Assembly: GCA_965116905.1 (NCBI GenBank) | Contig: OZ220732.1 | Span: forward strand, 800,001-864,000 | DNA from: Longimicrobiales bacterium | Lineage (GTDB): Bacteria > Gemmatimonadota > Gemmatimonadetes > Longimicrobiales > Gaopeijiaceae | DNA length: 64,000 nucleotides | Reading direction: 5' to 3' | Part shown: in pieces, positions 25,663 to 34,868 of the stretch | How the letters are laid out: each line of letters opens with the position of its first letter | How positions within the stretch are numbered: position 1 is the stretch's first letter | The notes under the pieces: generated by a model | The model's input: only the letters and a program-made list of their open reading frames with translations | Told to the model about the DNA's origin: nothing | Database searches by the model: none | Position numbers and translations under genes: made by a program

Positions 25663-27429
25663 TCACATTCTCCGGTATCGCGGGCCGCTGCCGCCTTCGC
25701 GGGGCGCCCATCTGGGCCCGAGCACGTCGGTCGCCTTGCAGTCCACGCAGTTGGGCGCGTTGACGCGCAACTCGTCGCCGTCGCGCTCGTACACGCCCGC
25801 GGGGCACAGGTGAACGTACATCTCGGCGACCTCCGGGGACACGTCCCCGCCCACCGTCAGGTGCGACGGAATGTCGTCGCGCGTCTGGTTCCCGCTCTTG
25901 AACACGGCGTCCACCTTGGACACCGCCAGGGGACCGGGCAGTGCCCCGGGCGCACCGGCGGCGGCCGCCCGCAGCCACTTCGGCTCGGCGGCGTCGGTCT
26001 CGGTCGCGATCCGGCCAGCCGGCAGGCGCCCGCCGGTCACCGTGGCCAGGCTCGCCTTCGCGCCGCCCAGGACGAATCCGCTCTTGAACGACAGGCGCAT
26101 GTTGCGGGTGCGCCTCAGATCGCGCGCGATGAATGACCGGTCCACCGCGGCTGTGTAGCCGGCCAGCCCGCCCTCGGAGGTGTCGCCGGCCTTGAGCGCC
26201 TCGTAGATCGTGCGCGCGGCCAGGATGCCCGACTGCATCGCGTAGTGGATCCCCTTCAGCGACGCGACCTCCACGTACCCGGCCGCGTCGCCCACAATGC
26301 AGATGCCGCTCCCGTGCCGACGCTCGGGCAGCGAGTGATAGCCGCCTTCGGGGATCGTCTTCGCGCCCCATTCGACCATTTCGCCGCCCTCCAGGATGCC
26401 GCGGAAGAGGGGGTGGTGCTTCAGGCGCTGCAACAGCCCGTGCACGTCCAGCCGCGCGTTGCCGTAGTCCAGGCTGACGACCAGGCCGAGCGCGACCAGG
26501 TCGTCCGCAAGCGGATAGGCAAAGGTGCCGCCGAACCCGGCGCCGTCCGCGCCCCGTCCCACGCCCCGTCCCACGAGCGGTCCCCCGAGCGGCCCCCCGA
26601 CGAGCGGCCATCCCATGGTGTGGATGATCCGGTCGAGCGGTTTGGAGACCTCCCACAGCTCCTTGACGCCGAGGGAGTAGATCTGCGGATTCGCCGAACC
26701 CACCCCCTGCCAGTCCAGGTACGCCTGCGAGAGCGTGCCGCGAGTCCCCTCGGAGAGCACGGTGACCCGCGCGGTCACGTCGACCGGCGGCATGTAGCCC
26801 GCGCCGCCCGGCTGACCGTCGCGGTCCAGGCCGCGCGCCGCCGTCCGCACCCCGATCACGCCGTCGCCGTCGACGAGCAGGGCGTCGGCGGGGAACCCGG
26901 GCAGGATCATCACCCCGGCCTCTTCGGCGCGCTCGCCGAGCCAGCGCACGACCTCGCAGATGGACGCGATGTGATTCCCGTGGTTGCGCATCGTGGGCGG
27001 CGCCGGGATGCGCAGGTGGCTTTTCTCCGTGAGGAAATAGACGGCCTCGCGCGAGACGGGCCGCCGGAAGGGGAAGTCGGTATCGCTCATGCCGGGAAAG
27101 AGTTCCCTGAACGACCCCGGGTTGATCACGGCGCCGGACAGATTGTGGTCGCCCAGTCCCTCCGCCTTCTCCAAGACCCCGATTTCGAGGTCACCGGGGC
27201 CGTCTCCCGCTTCGTTGCCTTCCCGCACCAGCCGTGCCAGCTCGATCGCCCCTGCCAGCCCGGCGGGCCCCCCGCCGACGAACACCACGTCCAGCGGCAC
27301 TGCCTCGTCGTCCGGCGGCTCGCTGACGATAAAGCGCTCGCGGCGGAGGGCCGGCTGGTGGCGGTCGGGGTGGATGGTCGTGCGGGCTTCGGAAGACCGG
27401 GCTTCGGAGGACATGGCTGTGTGGGTCAC
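25663..27429 (-). CDS. Electron transfer flavoprotein-ubiquinone oxidoreductase (ETF-QO/FixCX-like)
   Basis: VGGGPAGL, NLSGAVI, GVKELW, WGAKTIPEGG, KGIHYAM and a C-terminal Fe-S motif CPAGVYE...NCVDCK. Confidence 0.9.
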   Translation of the reverse strand: MTHTAMSSEARSSEARTTIHPDRHQPALRRERFIVSEPPDDEAVPLDVVFVGGGPAGLAGAIELARLVREGNEAGDGPGDLEIGVLEKAEGLGDHNLSGAVINPGSFRELFPGMSDTDFPFRRPVSREAVYFLTEKSHLRIPAPPTMRNHGNHIASICEVVRWLGERAEEAGVMILPGFPADALLVDGDGVIGVRTAARGLDRDGQPGGAGYMPPVDVTARVTVLSEGTRGTLSQAYLDWQGVGSANPQIYSLGVKELWEVSKPLDRIIHTMGWPLVGGPLGGPLVGRGVGRGADGAGFGGTFAYPLADDLVALGLVVSLDYGNARLDVHGLLQRLKHHPLFRGILEGGEMVEWGAKTIPEGGYHSLPERRHGSGICIVGDAAGYVEVASLKGIHYAMQSGILAARTIYEALKAGDTSEGGLAGYTAAVDRSFIARDLRRTRNMRLSFKSGFVLGGAKASLATVTGGRLPAGRIATETDAAEPKWLRAAAAGAPGALPGPLAVSKVDAVFKSGNQTRDDIPSHLTVGGDVSPEVAEMYVHLCPAGVYERDGDELRVNAPNCVDCKATDVLGPRWAPREGGSGPRYRRM

Positions 27430-27511
27430 CGGGGGCGGCGAATCGGACGCATGACGAATGGGACGAAGGGGACAAATGGAAACCTAACGCCGGAGCGGAT
27501 AAGTTTCCCCG

Positions 27512-28939
27512 ATGACCAGAACGCTTCCCCCAACGCTTCCCCCGACCCTCGGCCAGCTGAAAGCCGCCGGGTACCGGCCGAGGACGGTCCGGGACGAGCT
27601 CCGCGCCAACCTGATCCGCAAGCTCGAGGCCGGCGAAACCCTCTTTCCGGGCGTCCACGGCTACGAGGACACCGTGATTCCGCAGCTGGCGAACGCCATT
27701 CTGGCCCGCCACGACTTCATCCTGCTGGGGCTGCGGGGGCAGGCGAAGTCGCGGATTCTCCGGCAACTGGCCGACCTGCTGGACCGTCACATGCCGATCA
27801 TCGCGGGCAGCGAGGTGAACGACGACCCGCTCGCCCCGATCTCGAAGTTCGGACGGCAGATGGTCGCGGAGCACGGCGACGACACGCCCCTCGAGTGGCT
27901 GGAACGCGATCAGCGGTACCTGGAGAAGCTGGCGACGCCCGACGTGACCATCGCCGACATGATCGGCGACCTGGATCCGATCAAGGCGGCGCGCGGCGGC
28001 TACCTCCTGTCGGACGAGCTCACGATTCACTACGGGATTCTGCCGCGCGCGAACCGCGGCATCTTCGCGATGAACGAACTGCCGGACCTGTCGCCGCGGA
28101 TCCAGGTGGGGCTGTTCAACATCCTCGAAGAGGGCGACGTGCAGATCAAGGGATATCCGGTGCGCATGAAGCTGGACGTCGTGATCGCCTTCACCGCGAA
28201 CCCGGAGGACTACACCGCGCGCGGCAAGATCATCACGCCGCTTAAGGACCGGATCTCGGCCGAGGTGCGCACCCACTACCCGAAGGTGCTGGACACGGGC
28301 GTGCAGATCACCGCGCAGGAGGCGTGGGTCGACCGGGAGGATTGCCGGCCGGTCACGATCCCCGATTTCGTGCGCGAGGTGGCCGAGCGGGTCGCGTTCC
28401 TGGGCCGCATGGAAAAGCGTATCGACCAGCGCAGCGGCGTGAGCCAGCGGCTCCCGATCGCGGTGATCGAGACCGTGGTGTCGAGCGCCGAGCGCCGCGC
28501 GATCCGCCAGAAGGAGGACGCGGTGATCCCCCGGATCGGGGACATCTACGCGTCGCTGCCCGCGATCACCGGCAAGCTGGAGCTGGAGTACGAGGGAGAG
28601 CTGCACGGCGCGGCCCGGATCGGGCGCGAACTGGTGTCGGCGGCAGCGGGCGCGACCTTCGACGCGCGGGCCGGCGGCGCCGATCTCGATTCGGTGGTGG
28701 ACTACTTCGAGGGCGGCGGCGTGATGCAGGTCTCGGAGGACGCCGCGGCGACCGCGTGCGTGCAGGGCTTCGGCCAGGTGCCGGGCCTGCTCGAAGCGAC
28801 CGAGATGGTCGGGCTCGCGCCGGCCGAGAGCGAGGACGGGCTCAAGGCGGCGGCGTGCGAGCTCGTGCTGGAAGGACTGGTCGCCAACCGGCGGATCAGC
28901 CGGACCCGCGGCGGCGGTTACCGCGCAGCCACTCCCTGA
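27512..28939 (+). CDS. AAA+ ATPase, magnesium-chelatase-like
   Basis: GLRGQAKS, EKLATPDVTIADMIGD, RANRGIFAMNELPDL and TANPEDYT. Confidence 0.85.
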   Translation: MTRTLPPTLPPTLGQLKAAGYRPRTVRDELRANLIRKLEAGETLFPGVHGYEDTVIPQLANAILARHDFILLGLRGQAKSRILRQLADLLDRHMPIIAGSEVNDDPLAPISKFGRQMVAEHGDDTPLEWLERDQRYLEKLATPDVTIADMIGDLDPIKAARGGYLLSDELTIHYGILPRANRGIFAMNELPDLSPRIQVGLFNILEEGDVQIKGYPVRMKLDVVIAFTANPEDYTARGKIITPLKDRISAEVRTHYPKVLDTGVQITAQEAWVDREDCRPVTIPDFVREVAERVAFLGRMEKRIDQRSGVSQRLPIAVIETVVSSAERRAIRQKEDAVIPRIGDIYASLPAITGKLELEYEGELHGAARIGRELVSAAAGATFDARAGGADLDSVVDYFEGGGVMQVSEDAAATACVQGFGQVPGLLEATEMVGLAPAESEDGLKAAACELVLEGLVANRRISRTRGGGYRAATP

Positions 28940-30131
28940 GCAGCGCCCCGATCTTCTGCTGCGCGACGGGAAGCGCCCATTCGTCGAGGCGGTCGGGGTG
29001 CACCCAGGCGTGGTCGGTGGGCGCGGACGGGTCCGTGGGCGCGGCGGCGAGCGCGCCCTCTTCCGCGGGGGCGGCAGCGAGTGCGGGTGCGCCCTCGTCC
29101 CCCCCGGCGGCGACCCTCACGATGACGGGCCGGTAGGTCGCGCGAAGGTGTGTGAAGGCGTGGGTGACGGGTTCGAGCCGCGGGCCCGGGGTGCCTGTGA
29201 GGCCCAGGTCGGGAAGGCCCAGGTCGCGGAGCGCGGGGAGCGCCGCGAGCGCGGGGAGCGCGGTCAGGGCCGGGAACTCCCACATGCCGGCGAGAAGGCC
29301 GGTCGGCGGGCGTTTGACGAGGAGGGTGCGGGGGTAGCCGTCGCCGCCACCGTGGCTCGCCGCCGCGTCGGGCCGGTCCGGGGCATCCGCCACCACCACC
29401 GCGACCGCGTACTCGACCCTCCGCACGCGCCGGCGCACACTCGGTGACGGGCGCGCCGCCACCGTCCCCGCAGCGAGGGCGCCGCACTCCTTCCCCACAG
29501 GACAAACACCGCAGCGAGGAGTGCGCGGTGTGCATACGGTGGCCCCCAGCTCCATCAGGGCCTCGTTGAAGTCACCCGGGCGGTCGGGGTCGATGAGGCG
29601 CGTGGCTTCGTCGCGCAGGTGGGCCGGTGTCGGGTCCCCCAGGTCGAGCAGCCGGGACAGGACGCGCCGTACGTTGCCGTCGACCGCCGGCACCGCCTGC
29701 CCGAACGCGATGCTTGCCACCGCTCCGGCCGTGTATTCGCCCACGCCCGGCAGGCTGCGGAGTTCGCGCGGGTCCTCGGGCAGCCGTCCGCCGTACCGCT
29801 CGCACACCATCTTCGCCGACCGGTGCAGGTTGCGCGCGCGTCCGTAGTACCCGAGTCCCTTCCATTCGAGCAGGATTTCGTCGTTCGATGCGCCCGCGAG
29901 CGACCGCCAGTCGGGGAATCGCTCCAGCCAGCGGCGATAGTACGGGGTCACGGTCTCGACGCGGGTCTGCTGAAGCATGAACTCGGCCACCGCCACGCGG
30001 TAGGGCGTCCGGTCGCGGCGCCAGGGGAGGTCGCGGCGATGCCGGTCGAAGTGATCCAGCAGCCTGCGCCGGAACGCGGCCGGATCGATCCGGTTTGCAG
30101 GCTCGGCTGTTCGGGTTCTACTCTTCGTCAT
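28896..30131 (-). CDS. mutY: A/G-specific adenine glycosylase
   Basis: RDLPWR, EFMLQQT, WKGLGYY, LPGVGEYTAGA, VDGNVRRV, Fe-S motif CTPRTPRCGVCPV...C and NUDIX-like GLLAGMWEFP. Confidence 0.93.
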   Translation of the reverse strand: MTKSRTRTAEPANRIDPAAFRRRLLDHFDRHRRDLPWRRDRTPYRVAVAEFMLQQTRVETVTPYYRRWLERFPDWRSLAGASNDEILLEWKGLGYYGRARNLHRSAKMVCERYGGRLPEDPRELRSLPGVGEYTAGAVASIAFGQAVPAVDGNVRRVLSRLLDLGDPTPAHLRDEATRLIDPDRPGDFNEALMELGATVCTPRTPRCGVCPVGKECGALAAGTVAARPSPSVRRRVRRVEYAVAVVVADAPDRPDAAASHGGGDGYPRTLLVKRPPTGLLAGMWEFPALTALPALAALPALRDLGLPDLGLTGTPGPRLEPVTHAFTHLRATYRPVIVRVAAGGDEGAPALAAAPAEEGALAAAPTDPSAPTDHAWVHPDRLDEWALPVAQQKIGALLREWLRGNRRRGSG

Positions 30132-31431
30132 GCGCTTCACGACCTATACGAAGTACCGCAAGAGCTGGCTGGACGCGCTCAACCTGGAGGGCCTCATGGA
30201 GATGCTCTCCGACTTTCTGCTGGACGGAGGCTTCGCCGGCGGTCCCCACTTCCACCCGTACTGGGGCTGGTCCGGTCTGGAGGATACGGCTTCGCTCGAT
30301 GCGCTGAAACAGGCGCTGCTGCGTGCGCTGGTCCAGAGCGGCCAGCTGACGCCCGAGATGATCGAGGAGCTTCGCGGCGAGGGCCCCGGCAATCCGGAGG
30401 TGCAGCAGGAGATCGCGGATCTGCTCGACGAGCTCGTTCAGAAGATGATCGAAGAGGGCTACATCACGCTGACCGGCGAGCCGTCCGGCTCCGCGGGCGC
30501 CACCGGAGACGCCACAGGCACCGGCCACGTCGACGATGCCCGCGAGGCCGCGCGCGGGGTCAACTTCAACCTCACCAGCCGCGGACTCGACTTCCTCGGA
30601 TACCGCGCGCTGCGCAACCTGCTGGGGTCGATGGGGAAGTCGAGCATCGGCGCCCACGAGACCCGCGAATACGCCACGGGCGTCGAGTCGGACGCCGGGA
30701 GCAAGCCCTGGGAATTCGGCGACACGCTGAACCTGGACATCCCCGAGACGCTGAAGAAGACGATCGCCCGCGAGGGGCTGCCGCCGCCGGGGAGCGAGGT
30801 CGCCCTGCCCCTCGACTACAAGGACCTGATGGTGCACCAGACCGACTATCGGTCCTCGTGCGCCACGGTCATCATGCTGGACATTTCGCACTCGATGATC
30901 CTCTATGGCGAGGACCGGTTCTCGCCCGCGAAGAAGGTGGCGCTGGCCCTGTCGCACCTGATCCGCACCGAGTTCCCCGGCGATTCGCTGCGCGTCGTGA
31001 CTTTCGGGGACCGTGCGCAGGAGATTCCGCTGGGCGAGCTGCCGAAGGCCCAGGTCGGCCCCTTCCACACGAACACGGCCGAGGGGCTCGAGGTGGCGCG
31101 CAGGATCCTGACGACGCAGAAGAAGGACATGCGCCAGATCATCATGATCACCGACGGCAAGCCGACCGCGATCACCCTCAAGCGGGGCCGGGTCTACAAG
31201 AACTCGGGCGGACTCGACCGCAACATCCTGCGCGCGACCTATCGCGAAGTCGCCGCCTGCAGACGCTCGGGGATCCCGATCAACACCTTCATGCTGGCGG
31301 ACGACCCCTACCTGGTCCGCTTCGTGCGCGAAGTGGCGAAGATCGCGCGCGGGAAGGCCTACTTCACCTCCACGATGACCCTCGGCCAGCACATCGTGAT
31401 GGACTTTCTTCGGAAGCGGCGGGCGGCGTAG
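30130..31431 (+). CDS. VWA-domain protein (partner of the chelatase-like AAA ATPase)
   Basis: MIDAS motif MLDISHSM, HTNTAEGL and IMITDGKPT. Confidence 0.85.
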   Translation: MRFTTYTKYRKSWLDALNLEGLMEMLSDFLLDGGFAGGPHFHPYWGWSGLEDTASLDALKQALLRALVQSGQLTPEMIEELRGEGPGNPEVQQEIADLLDELVQKMIEEGYITLTGEPSGSAGATGDATGTGHVDDAREAARGVNFNLTSRGLDFLGYRALRNLLGSMGKSSIGAHETREYATGVESDAGSKPWEFGDTLNLDIPETLKKTIAREGLPPPGSEVALPLDYKDLMVHQTDYRSSCATVIMLDISHSMILYGEDRFSPAKKVALALSHLIRTEFPGDSLRVVTFGDRAQEIPLGELPKAQVGPFHTNTAEGLEVARRILTTQKKDMRQIIMITDGKPTAITLKRGRVYKNSGGLDRNILRATYREVAACRRSGIPINTFMLADDPYLVRFVREVAKIARGKAYFTSTMTLGQHIVMDFLRKRRAA

Positions 31432-31451
31432 CTTCCTGGCCCCCTATTGCA

Positions 31452-31535
31452 AGGCGTAGTGTGTCCTACTGCCTACGGAAGCCGTCGTGCTCTTAGTTTA
31501 GCTTAGCTCGTAACCTGAACCAACAGCACGACGGC
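31452..31535. other. Structured intergenic element (small hairpin plus 55-nt imperfect hairpin)
   Basis: AGGCGTAG/CTAC(T)GCCT at 31452-31474. GCCGTCGTGCT (31481-31491) pairs with AGCACGACGGC (31525-31535), with internal GTTTAG/CTGAAC and TTA/TAA pairing. Confidence 0.6.
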
Positions 31536-31573
31536 GGCTGCGGCAACTGTTGGCGACCCGCCCTCGGTCTTCC

Positions 31574-32920
31574 CTACCCGCCCTCGGTCACCCCCTCGAA
31601 CGCCTCCGGGTTGATCGCGGCGGCGCGCCTGGCACGCAGCTCCGGCATGACGTCCTTGCGCGAGAAGCGTTCCAGGAACAGCCCTTCGATCGTCAGGCCG
31701 AAGACCGCAAGGCCCACCCCGAGCACCGCCCCCGTCACCCCCGCGTCCGCCACGAAGAACGCGGCCGCGACGATGCTGCCGACGCGCAGAACGGCTCCGG
31801 CCCCGACCACGCCCGTCCGGCCGGAGCGCACGAAGAGGCCCTGGTAGTACTGGCGCAGACCGTACAGGAAGGGATACGCCGCGGCGATCGGCAGGGCGGC
31901 GCCGGCCAGCGCGACCAGGTCAGAATCCAGCGCGAAGACGTAGCGGAGCAGCGGCTCGCGAATCGCGGGCAGCGCCAGGATCAGGAGGGTGGCCACCATC
32001 GCGAACGCGACCGCCGCGCCCCAGGTCCGGACGCGCCTGTGGGTCTCCGAGCACTCGACCAGCGCGATGCTGGCGTGCTGCAGCTGCCCCACCGGCGCCG
32101 CGATGAACCAGGCGAAGGCTTCGACCACCCCGAACGCGGCCAGGGCCAGATCCGGGTTGGCCGTGCGCGCGAGCACCGCATTGATGATCAGGGGCGTCGC
32201 CCACCACAGCAGCACGTTCAACATGAGCGGTGCCGAGAATGCGGCGACGTTCTCGCGGTCGGTTTCGCAGTCCTGCCGCTCGAGCTGGATGTCGGGGGTG
32301 GGTGACCACAGGACGATCAGCGTCTCCACGACCAGGCCGCCGGTGAACGCCGCGGCGCCCAGCCACGCGCCGCCGCCGGTGGCCAGAAGGGCGAAGGCGA
32401 CGACCGCCAGGATGCCGGTGCGGCTCCCGGTGGCCAGCGCGATGGGCATCGTGCGGTGACCCGCGACGAGGCGTCCCTGGTGCGCCGCGCGGACGGCGGT
32501 CAGGAAGGGCACCGGCCACAGGAACTGCATGGCGCGCACGGCTTCGGCCAGCACTTCGGGACCCACGCCCACCGCACCCGCAAACACCAGGTCGCCGACG
32601 GACGTGTACGCGATGAGCGCCCCGATCAGCGACATCAGCCCGCCGGTCAGGTAGGCGAAGCGCTTCACCGGCGAGAACGAGGCTTCGGCCAGCAGGCGGG
32701 CGGCGGCCACCTGCTGCACCACGAGAAGCGGGGCATAGAGGACCCCGCAGACCGCGAAGGCGACGCTGTAGCCGGCCAGCGCGATGACCGGGTCGGCGGA
32801 TCGCGCCAGCGCTGCCGCCAGAATCGGATTGGTGGCGGTCAGCAGAAGGCTGGTCGCCGCCAGGGGCGTGTAGAAGCGGGCGAAACCGCCCGCATTGACG
32901 AGTGTTTCGCCTTCCTTCAC
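31574..32920 (-). CDS. MATE/MOP-superfamily multi-pass membrane transporter
   Basis: About 12 TM segments in two homologous halves (FYTPLAATSLL / FSAPLMLNVLL; AALARSADP / AVLARTANP). Confidence 0.7.
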   Translation of the reverse strand: MKEGETLVNAGGFARFYTPLAATSLLLTATNPILAAALARSADPVIALAGYSVAFAVCGVLYAPLLVVQQVAAARLLAEASFSPVKRFAYLTGGLMSLIGALIAYTSVGDLVFAGAVGVGPEVLAEAVRAMQFLWPVPFLTAVRAAHQGRLVAGHRTMPIALATGSRTGILAVVAFALLATGGGAWLGAAAFTGGLVVETLIVLWSPTPDIQLERQDCETDRENVAAFSAPLMLNVLLWWATPLIINAVLARTANPDLALAAFGVVEAFAWFIAAPVGQLQHASIALVECSETHRRVRTWGAAVAFAMVATLLILALPAIREPLLRYVFALDSDLVALAGAALPIAAAYPFLYGLRQYYQGLFVRSGRTGVVGAGAVLRVGSIVAAAFFVADAGVTGAVLGVGLAVFGLTIEGLFLERFSRKDVMPELRARRAAAINPEAFEGVTEGG

Positions 32921-32975
32921 CCGAATGTGGACCTTACCATGTGTCGTGTCACCCCAGCAAAAAAGGCCCCGAAAG

Positions 32976-33809
32976 ATGACGGATCGAGGGATTCCATACT
33001 ATACCGTGGATGCATTCACCGACACCCCGTTTGGCGGCAACCCCGCGGCGGTGTGTCTCGAGATCGACGACCTGTCCGATTCTGCCATGGCGCGGATCGC
33101 CGCCGAAATGAACCTCTCCGAAACCGCGTTCGTCTACGCGCCGGACAGCGGCGGCGAGCGGCGGCTGCGCTGGTTCACTCCCGTGGCCGAGGTGCCGCTC
33201 TGCGGCCACGCCACCCTGGCCAGTGCTCACGTGCTGCTTCGTGAAGCCGGGCTGGCGCAGCCGGCGCGCTTCCAGTCCCTGTCGGGCCCGCTGCTGGTGA
33301 GCGAAGAGGACGGCCGGCTGCGCATGGATTTCCCCGCGAACCCGCCCCGCGAGGCGCCCATGCCGGCCGGCTTGTCCGAGGCGCTGGGGATCGGCGGCGG
33401 GGACGCATCCCGGGCCACCTTCACCACATCGGGCAAGGTCGCGCTGGTCGTGGTCGACACGGAGGCGGAGGTCCTCTCCATCCGCCCCGATTTCGGCGCG
33501 CTCGGCAGGGTGCGCCTGCCCGGCGGCGTCATGGGCGTAGCGGTCACCGCGCCGGGCGCCGAGCCGCATGTCGACTTCGTGTCGCGGTTCTTCGCGCCCT
33601 GGCTCGGCGTGGACGAGGATCCCGTCACGGGCGTGGCCCACACCACCCTCACGCCCTACTGGTCGGCCGTGCTGGAAAAGGCGGAAATGGCTGCCCGGCA
33701 GCGGTCGGCGCGGGGCGGCGAGCTCACCGTGCGGGCCCGGGGAGACCGCGTCGAGCTCGTGGGGCAGGCGGTCACGGTCGCGGCGGGGAGCATGGTGCGC
33801 CCCGGCTAA
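32976..33809 (+). CDS. PhzF family isomerase/epimerase
   Basis: VDAFTDTPFGGNPAAV, MNLSETAF, EVPLCGHATLA and EDPVTGVAH. Confidence 0.9.
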   Translation: MTDRGIPYYTVDAFTDTPFGGNPAAVCLEIDDLSDSAMARIAAEMNLSETAFVYAPDSGGERRLRWFTPVAEVPLCGHATLASAHVLLREAGLAQPARFQSLSGPLLVSEEDGRLRMDFPANPPREAPMPAGLSEALGIGGGDASRATFTTSGKVALVVVDTEAEVLSIRPDFGALGRVRLPGGVMGVAVTAPGAEPHVDFVSRFFAPWLGVDEDPVTGVAHTTLTPYWSAVLEKAEMAARQRSARGGELTVRARGDRVELVGQAVTVAAGSMVRPG

Positions 33810-34063
33810 AGCTTCGACAGGTCGATCGACTCGTCGATGAGCATCACGGGGATCCCGTCGCGGATGGCGTAGAGGATCCGGCCGTCCTCCCGCACGAGAC
33901 CCTCCGTGACGGGCTCGGTCACCGCATCGCCGCCGAGGTTTTCGACCGCACCGCCCTCGATCGCGGCGTTCAGGCGGTCGAGCACCACCGTGTCCGCCAT
34001 GCTGACGGGCGTCCTGTTCTCGGGACAGACCAGAATGTCCAGCAGCTCCTGATCGATGGGCAC
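33806..34063 (-). CDS. Trm112 family protein
   Basis: LLDILVCP...YAIRDGIPVML. Confidence 0.85.
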   Translation of the reverse strand: MPIDQELLDILVCPENRTPVSMADTVVLDRLNAAIEGGAVENLGGDAVTEPVTEGLVREDGRILYAIRDGIPVMLIDESIDLSKL

Positions 34064-34198
34064 GCGCTTGGTCCTCGGCCTTGGGTAGGTGGGATCGGGC
34101 GCAGTAAGTTAGGCAGCGTGACGGGCTGGCGGAATGGCGGAATGGCGGACGGTCCGCGCAGGGACCCGCGCGAGCACCCGGGAACGAGGGGGAAGAAC

Positions 34199-34783
34199 AT
34201 GAACGGGAACAGGACACGGGTAGCGGCGGGTCTCGCGGTGATCGCCGTGCTGGCGGTGGCAGGCGGGGCGGCGTGCGGGGCGGGGAACGGCGGCGGACCC
34301 CAGGCGGGATCGGCGGCCGCCACGGGCGCGGCGGCCCCCACGGGCTCGGCGGCCGCAGGCGCGGCCCGCTCCGAAAACGCTGCGCAGCAGCTCGTGCTGC
34401 CGGCGCCCGGGAAGGCCTGGGTGATCTTCGGCGCGGACACCGTGGTCGCCGAGGTCGCCAGCACTCCCGAGCAGCGTGAGAAGGGCCTCATGGACCGCAG
34501 CGCGGTGCCCGACGGAACCGGCATGCTCTTCGTCTTCAACCAGAGCGAGGAGCGGTCGTTCTGGATGAAGGACACCCACGTTGCGCTCGACATCGCCTTC
34601 TTCGACGACACGAACACGATCGCGGGCATCAAGCAGATGGAGGCGCTGGACGAGACCTTGACCGATTCCGACATCGCCACGGCGCTGGTGCTGGAGGTGC
34701 GCCGGGGATGGTTCGCGGAGCACGGAATCGGCGAGGGAGCGACGGCCGAGGTCGTCTTCGGCCCCGGCCTCACGGTGCGCTAG
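34199..34783 (+). CDS. DUF192 family lipoprotein
   Basis: AEVASTPEQREKGLMDR, GMLFVF, FWMKDT..LDIAF and VLEV. Confidence 0.88.
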   Translation: MNGNRTRVAAGLAVIAVLAVAGGAACGAGNGGGPQAGSAAATGAAAPTGSAAAGAARSENAAQQLVLPAPGKAWVIFGADTVVAEVASTPEQREKGLMDRSAVPDGTGMLFVFNQSEERSFWMKDTHVALDIAFFDDTNTIAGIKQMEALDETLTDSDIATALVLEVRRGWFAEHGIGEGATAEVVFGPGLTVR

Positions 34784-34807
34784 CCCAAGGGACAGACTAG
34801 CGGCGCA

Positions 34808-34868
34808 TCACTTCCCGAGAGGCGCCCGTCACTTCCCGAGAGGCGCCCGTCACTTCCCGAGAGGCGCC
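34808..34868. repeat. 21-bp tandem repeat (x3) copying the aminotransferase 3' end and stop codon
   Basis: TCACTTCCCGAGAGGCGCCCG at 34808 and 34829, partial copy at 34850. Confidence 0.95.

Noticed and set aside
31440..31560. 6S RNA, tmRNA or tRNA in this spacer
   Set aside because: It is too short for 6S or tmRNA, and has no central bubble architecture, cloverleaf or T-loop motif.
32976..33809. Phenazine biosynthesis cluster
   Set aside because: This is a lone PhzF-family homologue with no other phz genes.
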